Numbered from the stretch's first letter, positions 27,703 to 38,016 are shown. The stretch: DNA of 64,000 bases from Anaerolineales bacterium (GCA_016928575.1 JAFGKK010000015.1:108498-172497), one strand, 5' to 3'. Notes: generated from the letters alone by a model not told the origin. Translations and numbers: made by a program.

Positions 27703-29292
27703 ATGAACCCCGAAAAAAAATTCCTGATCGGCGCCCTGGGCGTAATGATCGCCGCGGGATGCCTCTGCGGGTCCGGAATGCTTCTGGCGGCCGGTTTGAT
27801 TCTTGGAAGAAATACGGACTCTCCCGTTTCGGGGACAATCCCAACATCCGCCGGACTTCCATCCTCCACCGGTGCCAACAAGGCCGTATCCACCCAACTT
27901 CCAGCCGATCCGCCCCAATCCATGGCAACCCCCACCGCCACGCCTTCCGTGGATCCCGCGTTCGTGGGCTCCGAGGGCATCGGGGATCCGTACTTTCCGA
28001 ACATGGGCAACGGCGGGTACGATGTTGCAAGTTACGAACTGGACATCCGAGTTGATATGGAGGTGGAGGAAATCAGCGCTGTGGCGACGATCTCCGCCCG
28101 CGCGTTGCAGGCGCTTGGACGGTTCAATCTGGATTTTAAGCAATTCGACATCCTTTCCCTCCGGGTGAACGGCGAGGAGGGGGTTTTTTCCCAGGCGGAA
28201 GACGAACTGGTGCTCACGCCGGCCCGGATGATCCCGGCGAATTCAGAGTTCACGGTCGAGATCGCCTACCGCGGCCGGCCGGGCGGAGGCAAGGAATACG
28301 GCGGCATCGAATTCCTGGAAGGCTGGAATTTCTATCCGGGCGGGGTTATCGTCGCGGGCGAGCCTACCGGCGCCGAAACATGGTTTCCCTCCAACAACCA
28401 CCCGGCCGATAAGGCCGCATTCACCTTCCGCATCACCGTTCCCGAACCGTATGTCGCGGCGGCCAACGGAGTATTACAGGAAAGCGGCCAAAACGGCGAC
28501 CGCACCCGGACATTCGTGTGGAAGATGGAAGATCCCATGGCGACGTATCTCGCCACGATCGCCGTCGGAGACTTCGACCTTCTGGAAGGGACTTCCCGGA
28601 ACGGACGGCCGTTCCGGAATTTCGTGCATGCCGGCATCCGCGACGAGATGGATCCCGGAGTGGACGCCTTGCCGGAGGCGATGGATTTCTTCAGCGAGAT
28701 TTTCGGACCCTATCCGTTCGCCACCTGCGGAATCGTCCTGCATCCGATCGACCTTCCGTTCGCCCTCGAAAATCAAACGCTGATTGTGATGGGGTACACC
28801 TTCGCGTACGGCATCGTCGTGGTTCATGAAACTTCGCATCAATGGTTCGGCGACAGCGTGAGTCTGGCTTCCTGGAAGGACATTTGGTTGAACGAAGGAT
28901 TCGCTTCCTACGCGGAAGGATTATGGTGGGAGCGGGAAGGAGGTGCTTCCGCGCTGAAGGAGGATCTCTCGAGGCGCTACCGATTCCTTGCCAATCTGCC
29001 CGAGAGGGAAGTTAACCTGCTCGGAGATCCGGGGCCGGATCATCTGTTTGATCCGGAGGTGTATTACCGCGGAGCGCTTACGCTGCACGCCCTTCGTCTG
29101 AACGTGGGGGACGAGGCGTTCTTTCGGATTCTACAGACGTATTTCCGGAGTTTCCGTCACGGGAACGCGACCACGGAGGAATTCATCGATCTGGCCGAGG
29201 AGATCAGCCACCGGGATTTGAGCGATTTCTTCAAGGAATGGCTGTACGAGTACCCGTTGCCCGATCTGCCGGAATTGGACCTGTATTCCTGA
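27703..29292 (+). CDS. M1-family zinc metallopeptidase (aminopeptidase N-like), probable lipoprotein or membrane-anchored
   Basis: VVHETSHQWFGDSVSLASWKDIWLNEGFASY (HExxH-x18-E). GAMEN-like region. N-terminus LIGALGVMIAAGCLCGSG. Confidence 0.9.
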   Translation: MNPEKKFLIGALGVMIAAGCLCGSGMLLAAGLILGRNTDSPVSGTIPTSAGLPSSTGANKAVSTQLPADPPQSMATPTATPSVDPAFVGSEGIGDPYFPNMGNGGYDVASYELDIRVDMEVEEISAVATISARALQALGRFNLDFKQFDILSLRVNGEEGVFSQAEDELVLTPARMIPANSEFTVEIAYRGRPGGGKEYGGIEFLEGWNFYPGGVIVAGEPTGAETWFPSNNHPADKAAFTFRITVPEPYVAAANGVLQESGQNGDRTRTFVWKMEDPMATYLATIAVGDFDLLEGTSRNGRPFRNFVHAGIRDEMDPGVDALPEAMDFFSEIFGPYPFATCGIVLHPIDLPFALENQTLIVMGYTFAYGIVVVHETSHQWFGDSVSLASWKDIWLNEGFASYAEGLWWEREGGASALKEDLSRRYRFLANLPEREVNLLGDPGPDHLFDPEVYYRGALTLHALRLNVGDEAFFRILQTYFRSFRHGNATTEEFIDLAEEISHRDLSDFFKEWLYEYPLPDLPELDLYS

Positions 29293-29395
29293 CCGGCGCT
29301 TCTGGGCAGTGGCGCGCTTATGGTACCATCCGGCGGGTTTATTGCTGCCGCGCGGGAGTTCCTGAAATTTTGAACCGCCAGGCGACCGGACTCGT

Positions 29396-29428
29396 CTCCG
29401 GAATTGGGATCCGGAGTTTTCCTTTTTT
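29396..29428 (+). terminator. Rho-independent terminator after the M1 peptidase gene
   Basis: CTCCGGA-attggga-TCCGGAG followed by TTTTCCTTTTTT. Confidence 0.75.
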
Positions 29429-29669
29429 CAAACAAGGGGTTGGTAAAGCTGCTTCGGGCGGAACCGTCACTTTAGGAATTGTCCGGGCTTCAACCGGCTT
29501 TTTTCAGGAACCAGACAAGCGCGCGTCCGCCGCTGGATACCCAGGAAGGTGAATCGGCAGTATTTGGCCGGGGCCTGTCGGCGGCGGACGCGGACAGGAG
29601 CGGAGTGCGTGCCGGCCGGGCGCCCGACAATCCGGAAACGACGGCGCCGTCCGGAAAGGAGTACGACCC

Positions 29670-30932
29670 ATGACCGAGATCAAATCCGTCAGGCCGAATC
29701 CCTTCGAGGTCGCCCAGCGCCAACTCGACGACGCCGCCGCCATTATGAAACTGGATCCGGCCATCCACGAAGTATTGCGCTGGCCCGCCCGCGAATTGCA
29801 CGTGACTCTGCCGGTGAGGATGGACGACGGCGCGACGAAGATTTTTCACGGATTCCGCATCCAATACAACGACGCCCGCGGACCGACGAAGGGCGGCATC
29901 CGCTACCACATCGGCGAGACGGCGGATACCGTCCGTGCCCTCGCGGCTTGGATGACCTGGAAGACCGCCGTGATGGACATCCCTCTCGGCGGGGCCAATG
30001 GCGGAATCATCTGCAATCCGAAGGACATGTCGCCCGGCGAGCTGGAGCGATTGAGTCGGGCGTACATCCGCCAGGTGGCCCGGATTCTCGGCCTGGAAAA
30101 GGACGTCCCGGCGCCCGATGTGTACACCACCCCGCAGATCATGGCCTGGATGGCGGACGAATACTCGGCGATGCGCGGATACAACGAATTCGGCGTGATC
30201 ACCGGCAAGCCGGTCGCCATCGGCGGGTCGAAGGGGCGCGGCGACGCCACCGCGCGCGGCGGAGTCTATTGCCTGCGCGAGTTGCAGAACGTGCTGGGAG
30301 TGAACCTTAAGGGCGCCACCCAGGCGATTCAGGGCTACGGCAACGCCGGCGCCAATGCCCACAAGCTTGGCGCCGAGATACTCGGGATGAAGACCGTCGC
30401 GGTCAGTGATTCCAAGGGCGGCATCTACAATCCCGACGGACTGGATTATGGCGCCGTGTGGGAGCATAAGAAGAAAACCGGTTCGGTCGTCGGATTTCCG
30501 GGCGCCCAGCCGGTGAACAACAAGCAGATCCTCGAGTTGGAGGTTGCCGTCCTGACTCCGGCCGCCTTGGACGGCGAGATCACCGCGGAAAACGCCCCGC
30601 GGATCAGGGCGAAGATCATCGCCGAACTGGCCAACGGGCCGACCACTCCCGAAGCCGACGCCATCCTGCACAAGAACGGCTGTTACATCATCCCCGATTT
30701 CCTCTGCAATGCGGGCGGCGTCACCGTTTCTTATTTTGAAATGGTCCAAAACGCATACGATTATTATTGGGATGAGGACCGAGTTCAGCGGCGGTTGGAC
30801 AAGAAAATGACCGACGCCTTCCATACCGTCTACGAAACGGCCCGCCAGTATAAGATCAACAACCGGATGGGGGCCTACATTGTAGCGGTCAGCCGGGTGG
30901 CAGAAGCGGTGCGCTTGCGCGGATGGGCATAG
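29670..30932 (+). CDS. gdhA: Glutamate dehydrogenase (Glu/Leu/Phe/Val dehydrogenase family)
   Basis: [11 protein letters not shown] catalytic Lys region, PLGGANGGI, Rossmann GYGNAGANA. 420 aa. Confidence 0.95.
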   Translation: MTEIKSVRPNPFEVAQRQLDDAAAIMKLDPAIHEVLRWPARELHVTLPVRMDDGATKIFHGFRIQYNDARGPTKGGIRYHIGETADTVRALAAWMTWKTAVMDIPLGGANGGIICNPKDMSPGELERLSRAYIRQVARILGLEKDVPAPDVYTTPQIMAWMADEYSAMRGYNEFGVITGKPVAIGGSKGRGDATARGGVYCLRELQNVLGVNLKGATQAIQGYGNAGANAHKLGAEILGMKTVAVSDSKGGIYNPDGLDYGAVWEHKKKTGSVVGFPGAQPVNNKQILELEVAVLTPAALDGEITAENAPRIRAKIIAELANGPTTPEADAILHKNGCYIIPDFLCNAGGVTVSYFEMVQNAYDYYWDEDRVQRRLDKKMTDAFHTVYETARQYKINNRMGAYIVAVSRVAEAVRLRGWA

Positions 30933-31272
30933 CGCAACTCAGGATTGCCTGGGAAACGGACCTGTTTTGGAGGCGGTTTTTTTCTGAAACCAAATCCAAC
31001 ACCCGGCAAAGGGCCGAAAAAGCGAACGGGCGTTTCAACCAAGAAGCCATACCGTGATGGAGCCTTCCGATTTCCTCTCAAACGCGACGTGGTGAAAGCC
31101 GGCAAACCATACAAGATGCCGCCGGTACCTTGCGATTTCAACTCAAATTAATCTCCCAGACATAGAAGCGGCTGGTGGAAAAGCATATAATTTATTAGGG
31201 TTTTCGCCCGCCCCCTCTTTTGCGAAGAAAGATTGAGAATATCCTATCTCAGCAGAGGGGATTTTATCATCA

Positions 31273-33618
31273 ATGCCGGAACATCCGCTGGATGTACCGA
31301 AAATCCTGTCCATACACCTGCAAATCTCCCAATATCCCATCTTGGCGAGGCAGATCCGCCGATGCATGCGAGAGGAGCTCTATCGACGCGGCATCCTCTC
31401 CCGGGAAAGGCTGGAGCGGGAAGTCCGTGAGCGGGCGGTGCTTTCCCAGAAGCGCGAAGGAATGGTCAATCCGATCACGGAAGAAAACGGCAGCCTGTGG
31501 GAGCAGCGCCTGCAGCAGGTGCGCGACCATCTGACGGATTTTTACTTTGCGCATAATCTGCCCCTCACGCTGTTCGAAGGCCTGATAGAAAAAGTCCTGG
31601 CGGAACGGAATTTTCGGCATCCGGAAAGCCATATCCGATATTTCAATCCTGAGTTGGCGCCGACCGAATTGTTAATCGACCAATTGGAGCGGTATGAACG
31701 GCTGCCCGACGGACAACGGGAGCCGATCCGTCCCCAGCTTGAAGAAATGACGGGGGTTTTGCTCAAAACCCTCGTCAACGATCAGGCGAGTTTTCTCCGC
31801 ATCGCGAAAAACTGGTTTACGGCGGAGGATTTTCGATTCATCCAATCCCGAAGGATTGGATCGGGAAAAATCGGAGGCAAGGCCGGGGGATTGCTTCTGG
31901 CGTGGCGGATTCTCCGGGCTACGGCCCCCGACCTGGCTTCCCGGATCGCCATCCCGAAATCTTTTTTCCTCGGGGCGGACGCGTTTTTCGACTTCCTCGA
32001 TCTCAACCGGCTGGGATCCCTCAACCAAAAACTCAAACCGCTGGAACAGATCCGCGCCGAGTACCCGCGCCTTCAGGAGGATTTCCAAAAAGCCACATTT
32101 CCGGAAGGGATCCTTGAGCGCCTGCGGAAGGTGCTACGCGAGGTCGGCCGCGTTCCTTTGATCGTACGCTCGTCAAGCCTGCTGGAGGATGGTATCGGCA
32201 GCACCTTTGCCGGGAAATACGTTTCCGTTTTCTGCCCCAATCAAGGTGCGGAAGAGGAAAACCTCGATTCGCTCGCCGCGGCAATCCGCCGCGTATATGC
32301 GAGCGTCTACAATCCCGATGCGCTGGCCTACCGGCGCCGGATGGACTTGCTGGAATGCGATGAACGCATGCCGGTGCTGATTCAGGAGGTGCAAGGGCGT
32401 GTGTATCAGAGGTTTTTCTTCCCGATGGCGGCCGGGGTCGCGTTTTCCCACAGCCCGATCGTTTGGAATCCGCGGCTGCGGCGCGAAGAAGGTTTTTGCC
32501 GGATCGTTCTCGGACTGGGGACGCGCGCCGTGACCCGTGTGGCGGAGGACTACCCGCGTCTGGTCACCCTGAGTCACCCGGCCCTGCGCCCGGAAACCAC
32601 ACCGGCAGAGATCCGGCGCTATTCCCAAAAAGCGGCCGATGTGATCGATCTGCGGTCACAGAAAATGGTTTCTCTGCCCGTATCAAAACTGCTGGAGGCT
32701 GATTTTCCGGGATTGCCGCTGGTGGCGGCAATGGATCGGGATAACGCGCTGATCCCCATCGTCGCCGACGGGCCGGACTTTTCCGCGGAGAGGATGGTCC
32801 TGACATTTGATAATTTCCTGCAGAAAACCGACTTTGTCGCTCTGATCAAGGGTGTACTGGATTCGCTGGCGCGACAGTACGACGGTCCGGTCGATGTCGA
32901 GTTCGCTCTGACCCCGGAGTCGGATTCGCAGGAAACCCGGCTGACTTTTCACTTGCTGCAATGCCGGATGCAATCCGGGGTGCGCGACGAAATGGCTTGC
33001 AGAATCCCGAAGGGGGTAGATCCGGAGGACAAATTTTTCGTCGGAACCCGGGTGGTTCCTCAGGGCTCCGTTCAACACGTGCAATATATTTGCTACGTCG
33101 ATCCCGACGCCTATGCCGGCCTGAAGGATCCCGGAGAACGGAAAGCGGTGGCTGGGACGATCGGCCGATTGAATAAGGTGTTGGAAAACCAGTGTTTTAT
33201 CCTCGTCGGGCCGGGTCGATGGGGGTCGGTCGATCCGCTGCTTGGGGTGCCGGTCACCTACGCGGACATCTTCAACACTAGGGTGCTGGTGGAGCTGGCG
33301 GTGGAACAGCAGGGCGCCGTTCCCGAACCCTCCTATGGGACGCATTTTTTCCAAGACTTGATGGAGGCGCGGATATATCCGGTGGCTTTGTACCCGGATC
33401 AGCCCGGCGATCTATTCCGCCGGGAGTGGCTCCAGCGGGCCAAGAATTGGTTGGAGGACCTTCTGCCCGGCTTTCCCGGGCCGAGGGAATGCGTAAAATT
33501 GGTGAATATCCCCGGGGAGTTCGGCGGCCGAAAAATCGACATTTTTATGGATGGAACGACGGCCGTCGCCTTCCTGGCGCAGCCGAACGGCAACGGACGC
33601 GACCGGAATTCTGAATAA
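31273..33618 (+). CDS. PEP/pyruvate-binding (PPDK_N ATP-grasp) domain protein, not a canonical PEP synthase
   Basis: GSGKIGGKAGGLLLA and LIVRSSSLLEDGIGSTFAGKY are typical of the nucleotide-binding domain of pyruvate,water/phosphate dikinases. No TSHAAI-like phosphohistidine motif was found by eye. 781 aa. Confidence 0.8.
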   Translation: MPEHPLDVPKILSIHLQISQYPILARQIRRCMREELYRRGILSRERLEREVRERAVLSQKREGMVNPITEENGSLWEQRLQQVRDHLTDFYFAHNLPLTLFEGLIEKVLAERNFRHPESHIRYFNPELAPTELLIDQLERYERLPDGQREPIRPQLEEMTGVLLKTLVNDQASFLRIAKNWFTAEDFRFIQSRRIGSGKIGGKAGGLLLAWRILRATAPDLASRIAIPKSFFLGADAFFDFLDLNRLGSLNQKLKPLEQIRAEYPRLQEDFQKATFPEGILERLRKVLREVGRVPLIVRSSSLLEDGIGSTFAGKYVSVFCPNQGAEEENLDSLAAAIRRVYASVYNPDALAYRRRMDLLECDERMPVLIQEVQGRVYQRFFFPMAAGVAFSHSPIVWNPRLRREEGFCRIVLGLGTRAVTRVAEDYPRLVTLSHPALRPETTPAEIRRYSQKAADVIDLRSQKMVSLPVSKLLEADFPGLPLVAAMDRDNALIPIVADGPDFSAERMVLTFDNFLQKTDFVALIKGVLDSLARQYDGPVDVEFALTPESDSQETRLTFHLLQCRMQSGVRDEMACRIPKGVDPEDKFFVGTRVVPQGSVQHVQYICYVDPDAYAGLKDPGERKAVAGTIGRLNKVLENQCFILVGPGRWGSVDPLLGVPVTYADIFNTRVLVELAVEQQGAVPEPSYGTHFFQDLMEARIYPVALYPDQPGDLFRREWLQRAKNWLEDLLPGFPGPRECVKLVNIPGEFGGRKIDIFMDGTTAVAFLAQPNGNGRDRNSE

Positions 33619-33746
33619 GGCCGCCGTCATGCTTTCGAATACCGGACCTCTGAAGCCCCGCATTTTTACGAGTCGTTGTATACTCAGTATCTGCCAAGGG
33701 ATCCATCGGCATTGGATGGCAATTCCAGATTGAGGAGAAAACGTTC

Positions 33747-34880
33747 ATGAAGCTGACATGCTTGCAGGAGAACCTCTCCAAGGGGCTGGGAATCGTCACC
33801 CGAGCCGTATCGCCGCGGAACGTTCTGCCCGTCCTGGGAAACGTGCTTTTGGCGACCGAAGACGGCCGGTTAAAGCTGGCGGCCACCAACCTGGAGATCG
33901 GAATCACCTGCTGGATCGGCGCGAAAGTGGAGGAAGAGGGGGCGATCACCGTTCCGGCCCGGACGATCACCGATTTTGTCAATACCCTGCCCAACGAAAA
34001 GATCCGAATGGCGCTGGATACCCGGCGTCAATCGCTGAATCTGCACTGTGAAGCGTTTACCAGCGACATTAAAGGAGTGGATGCGCAGGAATTTCCGCTG
34101 TTGCCGGGGGCGAACCTCGGCGATGGAATCGCGCTTAATGTGGCCGATCTGCGCGAGATGATCACGCAGACGACGATCGCGGCCGCCACCGACGACACCC
34201 GGCCGGTGCTGACCGGCGTGCTTGTGCGCCTGGAGGGCGATCGGCTGACCATGGCGGCGGCCGACGGCTTCCGCCTGTCGATGCGTGAAGCCAAGCTGTC
34301 CGCGGCGGTCCGGGACACCGTGAGCGTGATCATACCGGCCCGGGCGCTCAGCGAATTGGCGCGCCTGGTCGGTGACCAGGATGAGACGGTTTGGATGGTT
34401 CTGCCTTCCGGCCGGGGGCAGGCGGTCTTCCGTCTGAAGGAGGCGGAATTGTCCTCGTCGCTCATCGACGGTACCTTTCCGGATTTTCAGCCGATCATCC
34501 CGCGCTCCTATAACACCCATACCGTGCTGTCCACGGCCCAATTTCTTAAAGCCTGCAAGGCGGCCGATATCTTCGCCCGCCAGGCCTCCCATTCGGCGCG
34601 GCTGACCGTCACGTCCGGAACAGGCTCCGAGCCGGGAAAACTCCAAGTGAACGCGACCGCGGCCGAGACCGGCGCGGGGGAGACCGTGATCGACGCCACC
34701 GTGGACGGAGCGCCGATTGAAATCGCCTTCAACGTCAAGTATCTGGTCGACGTGCTGACGGTGATTAACACGCCCAACGTCTCTTTGGAGACGACCGGAC
34801 CGGCCAGCCCGGGAGTTATCCGGCCGGTAGGACGCGAAGATTTCACCCACGTCATCATGCCGATGCATTTGGGGAAGTGA
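33747..34880 (+). CDS. dnaN: DNA polymerase III beta sliding clamp
   Basis: MKLTCLQENLSKGLGIVTRAVSPRNVLPVLGNVLLATEDGRLKLAATNLEIGI. C-terminus VIMPMHL. 377 aa. Confidence 0.97.
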   Translation: MKLTCLQENLSKGLGIVTRAVSPRNVLPVLGNVLLATEDGRLKLAATNLEIGITCWIGAKVEEEGAITVPARTITDFVNTLPNEKIRMALDTRRQSLNLHCEAFTSDIKGVDAQEFPLLPGANLGDGIALNVADLREMITQTTIAAATDDTRPVLTGVLVRLEGDRLTMAAADGFRLSMREAKLSAAVRDTVSVIIPARALSELARLVGDQDETVWMVLPSGRGQAVFRLKEAELSSSLIDGTFPDFQPIIPRSYNTHTVLSTAQFLKACKAADIFARQASHSARLTVTSGTGSEPGKLQVNATAAETGAGETVIDATVDGAPIEIAFNVKYLVDVLTVINTPNVSLETTGPASPGVIRPVGREDFTHVIMPMHLGK

Positions 34881-34977
34881 ACAGCCCGAAGGGTGGCCTT
34901 GCCCGTGGCCGAATGCGGGTCGGAGGGGTGCGTAGGGCCGATTGCCGCGCGCTTTCCTCGCGGAGAATAGGGTGGCA

Positions 34978-37977
34978 ATGACGAAGCGGTCCGCGCCTTC
35001 CGAAAAATCCCGCCGTGGAAAGCGGCCCGCCCCCGGCAAGAAGGCGTCCTCCCGACCGCCGCGGAAAAAAACCCCCCGCACCCAGGCAGCGCCTCCCGCC
35101 TCCCCGCAAACCCCTACCCCGCCGCTGCAGGAAAGCGACCTGTTCCGGACCTTGATGGACCATACGACCGACCGGATTTATTTTAAGGACCGGCAAAGCC
35201 GTTTCCTGTACATTAACCGTTCGACCGCCTCTTTTTTTAATTTATCCCGTCCCGAACAGGCCGTCGGCAAAACGGATTTCGACTTCTTCTCCGAGGAACA
35301 CGCCCGCCAGGCCTTTGACGACGAACAACGGATTATCGCGACGGGTGAGTCGCTGATCGGATTCGAGGAAAAGGAAACCTGGCCGGACGGCCGCGAGACC
35401 TGGGTCTCTTCTTCGAAATTGCCATTCCGGGACCGCGACGGCCGGATCGTAGGAATCTTCGGGACCTCGCGCGACATTACCGAGCGGAAGAGTTACCAGC
35501 TTTCGCTGCTTCGCGCCAACGAGGAATTGGAAAATGCCAACCGCGCGCTGCAAAAGGAAATGGCCGAGCGGGCGCGCGCGGATTCGGCGCTGGCCCGCGA
35601 ACGGAACTTGTTTCGGACCATGATGGACAATACACCCGATCGTATCTATTTTAAGGACCGCAAAAGCCGGTTCTTGCTGATCAACAAGGCGCAGGCGGAA
35701 AAATTCGGTCTGGCGGAGCCCGCAGGCGCCGTCGGCAAAACGGATTTCGATTTTTTCACGGACGAGCACGCCCGGCAGGCGTACGATGACGAACAGAAAA
35801 TCATCGCCACCGCGGACCCGCTGATCGGAATTGAAGAGAAAGAAACCTGGCCGGACGGCCGGGTGACCTGGGTCTCATCGTCGAAACTTCCCTTCCGCGA
35901 CCGGCACGGGAATACCATCGGGGTCTTCGGCATATCGCGGGATATCACCGATTATAAATTGGGCGAAGAGGCCCGCATCCGGGCGGCGACGCTCCGCGAA
36001 GCCAATGTGGAACTGGAAAGAATCAACGCCGCCCTGGAAACGGAAATCGCCGAGCGGAAGCGCGTCGAGAAATTGCTGGCCCACGAGCGGAATCTCTTCC
36101 GCGCGATGATGGACAATACGACGGACCGGATCTACTTCAAGGACCGCGGGAGTCATTTCCTCCTCATAAACCGATCGCTCGCCGCCCACTTCGGAATCCC
36201 GGACCCCGCGGAGGCGGAGGGGAAAACCGACTTCGATTATTTCACCGACGAGCACGCCCGCCAGGCGTTTACCGACGAGCAGAGACTCGTCGCCAGCGAG
36301 GAGCCCTACATCGGGAAGGAAGAGAAGGAAACTTGGCCCGACGGCCATGCGACCTGGGTTTCCTCGACCAAATTCCCCCTGCGGGATCTCGAAGGCAGGA
36401 TCATAGGGACCTTTGGGATTTCCCGCGATATCACCGAGCGAAAGGCGATCGAACTCTCCGTCCTCCAGGCCAATGAAGAGTATGAAAAAGCCAATCGAGC
36501 CCTGGAAATGGAAATCGCCGAACGGCGCCGGGCGGAGGCCGAATTGGCCCGGGAGCGGGACCTCTTCCGCACCATGATGAACAGCACCACCGATTTCATC
36601 TACTTCAAGGATGCACAAAACCGGTACCAGCTCATCAACCGCTCAATGGCCGCCCATTTCCACCTCCCGGACCCGGCGGAGGCCGTCGGCAAAACGGATT
36701 TCGATTATTTCACCGACGAACACGCCCGCCAAGCCTTCCAGGAGGAGGAACAAATCATCACCGGCGGCGAACCGCTGATCGCCATCGAAGAGAAAGAAAC
36801 CTGGCCCGACGGGCGCGAGACGTGGCTCTCCACCTCCAAATTCCCGATGCGCGACACCGAAGGACGGATCGTCGGGACGTTCGGGATTTCACGTGAAATC
36901 ACCGAACGGAAAAACCTCGAAATGGCCATTCAGATTGCCAACGAGAAACTCTCGATTATGGTCAATTGGCTGGAAGGACGGAACCGGGAGATCTCGGTTC
37001 TCAGCGAGATGGGAAATCTGCTGGAAGCCTGCCGGTCGCCGGAGGAAGCCTATCCGATCATCGCCCAGCAGATGAACCGTTTGATACCCGTGGACGCGGG
37101 GATGCTGTACCGGTTTGATAAGGAACGCAAGATGCTGGATTGCGTCGTCCGCTGGGGGGCGGATCCCGGACCGGCGGATTCCTTCGCGCCGGAGGAATGC
37201 AAGGGAATCCAAAGTGGCCAAGCATTTATCATGGCCAGCGCCATCCCCGCCGAATCCTCCTGCCGCCATGTGGCCGAGGCCTCCAAAGACGATATGGTCT
37301 ATCTGTGCGCTCCACTGCTGTCGCAGGGCGAGATGATCGGAGTGCTGCACCTGCGGGGGAAGCGGAAGGAAGGGGGGCAAACTCTGCCGGATTTGAAGCG
37401 GCAACTGGCCGTCATGGCGGCCGACCACATCGCCTTGGCCCTCTCCAACCTGACCCTTCAGGAGACTCTGCGGCGGCAATCGATCCGCGACGAGTTAACC
37501 GGCTTGTTCAACCGGCGCTACCTGGAGGAATCGCTGCAGCTCGAGTTGAACAACGCCCGCGATCACGGAAGATCGCTCGGGGTGATCATGATCGACGTCG
37601 ACCGCCTGAAAGCCGTCAACGACAGCTGTGGGCATGAGGCGGGCGATGCGTTGCTCCGCGCGCTGGGGAAATGGCTGCAGGCCAACATCCGCACCGGCGA
37701 CATCTCCTGCCGCTACGGCGGCGATGAATTCGTACTCATCCTTCCGCAGGCCACCTTGGATTCCACCGTCCAGCGCGCCCGGCAGATCTGCGAGGGAATC
37801 CGCAAGCTGACGTTTACCTATCGCGAAAAGCCCTTGGAGGCGACGAGCGTATCCGTCGGCGTGGCTTCGTTTCCGGAGCACGGCGATACGCGCGATTCCT
37901 TGTTGAAATCCCTGGATGAGGCGCTGTACCGGGCGAAGGAGCAGGGAAGGAACCGCGTGGTGATCGCCGGCGGCTGA
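34978..37977 (+). CDS. Diguanylate cyclase with four tandem PAS domains, a GAF domain and a C-terminal GGDEF domain
   Basis: Four 117-aa PAS-like repeats, a GAF-like segment, then GGDEF (RYGGDEFVLIL) with the RxxD I-site region absent or unclear. Basic and P-rich N-terminus. ATG at 34978, or alternatively 34942. Confidence 0.9.
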   Translation: MTKRSAPSEKSRRGKRPAPGKKASSRPPRKKTPRTQAAPPASPQTPTPPLQESDLFRTLMDHTTDRIYFKDRQSRFLYINRSTASFFNLSRPEQAVGKTDFDFFSEEHARQAFDDEQRIIATGESLIGFEEKETWPDGRETWVSSSKLPFRDRDGRIVGIFGTSRDITERKSYQLSLLRANEELENANRALQKEMAERARADSALARERNLFRTMMDNTPDRIYFKDRKSRFLLINKAQAEKFGLAEPAGAVGKTDFDFFTDEHARQAYDDEQKIIATADPLIGIEEKETWPDGRVTWVSSSKLPFRDRHGNTIGVFGISRDITDYKLGEEARIRAATLREANVELERINAALETEIAERKRVEKLLAHERNLFRAMMDNTTDRIYFKDRGSHFLLINRSLAAHFGIPDPAEAEGKTDFDYFTDEHARQAFTDEQRLVASEEPYIGKEEKETWPDGHATWVSSTKFPLRDLEGRIIGTFGISRDITERKAIELSVLQANEEYEKANRALEMEIAERRRAEAELARERDLFRTMMNSTTDFIYFKDAQNRYQLINRSMAAHFHLPDPAEAVGKTDFDYFTDEHARQAFQEEEQIITGGEPLIAIEEKETWPDGRETWLSTSKFPMRDTEGRIVGTFGISREITERKNLEMAIQIANEKLSIMVNWLEGRNREISVLSEMGNLLEACRSPEEAYPIIAQQMNRLIPVDAGMLYRFDKERKMLDCVVRWGADPGPADSFAPEECKGIQSGQAFIMASAIPAESSCRHVAEASKDDMVYLCAPLLSQGEMIGVLHLRGKRKEGGQTLPDLKRQLAVMAADHIALALSNLTLQETLRRQSIRDELTGLFNRRYLEESLQLELNNARDHGRSLGVIMIDVDRLKAVNDSCGHEAGDALLRALGKWLQANIRTGDISCRYGGDEFVLILPQATLDSTVQRARQICEGIRKLTFTYREKPLEATSVSVGVASFPEHGDTRDSLLKSLDEALYRAKEQGRNRVVIAGG
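35140..36912 (+). repeat. Four in-frame tandem coding repeats (PAS module plus coiled-coil linker)
   Basis: Units start at 35140, 35608, 36094 and 36562 (periods 468, 486 and 468 nt). Each unit has LFR(T/A)(L/M)M(D/N)...(R/F)IYFKD...GKTDFD(F/Y)F(S/T)(E/D)EHARQA...EEKETWPDG...SR(D/E)IT(E/D)(R/Y)K. Shared DNA strings include ggcaaaacggatttcga and gaaacctggccggacgg. Confidence 0.85.
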
Positions 37978-38016
37978 ATTCCTCAGGTGCCGGGTGCTCC
38001 TCTTTCGAACCGGATG

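Noticed and set aside
29490-30824. 444-aa minus-strand ORF
   Set aside because: It is antisense to glutamate dehydrogenase, which has unmistakable family motifs. The antisense product has no recognisable domain.
30933-31272. Possible terminator after gdh (ggaaacggacctgttttggaggcggttttttt) and a 7-bp stem CCCCTCT...AGAGGGG with a 36-nt loop before the 31273 ATG
   Set aside because: The first does not form a convincing stem because the arms mismatch. The second has too large a loop to call. Neither is reported as a feature.
33619-33746. dnaN upstream region, considered as an alternative oriC
   Set aside because: It is only 128 bp, and the best DnaA-box similarity I could find by eye is about 5/9. 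The dnaA-flanking regions have perfect and 8/9 boxes.
35140-36912. Regularly spaced ~470-nt DNA repeats, considered as a possible CRISPR array or satellite
   Set aside because: The period is far too long for a CRISPR array. The repeats are in-frame within one ORF and encode PAS domains. There are no short direct repeats with unique spacers anywhere in the window.
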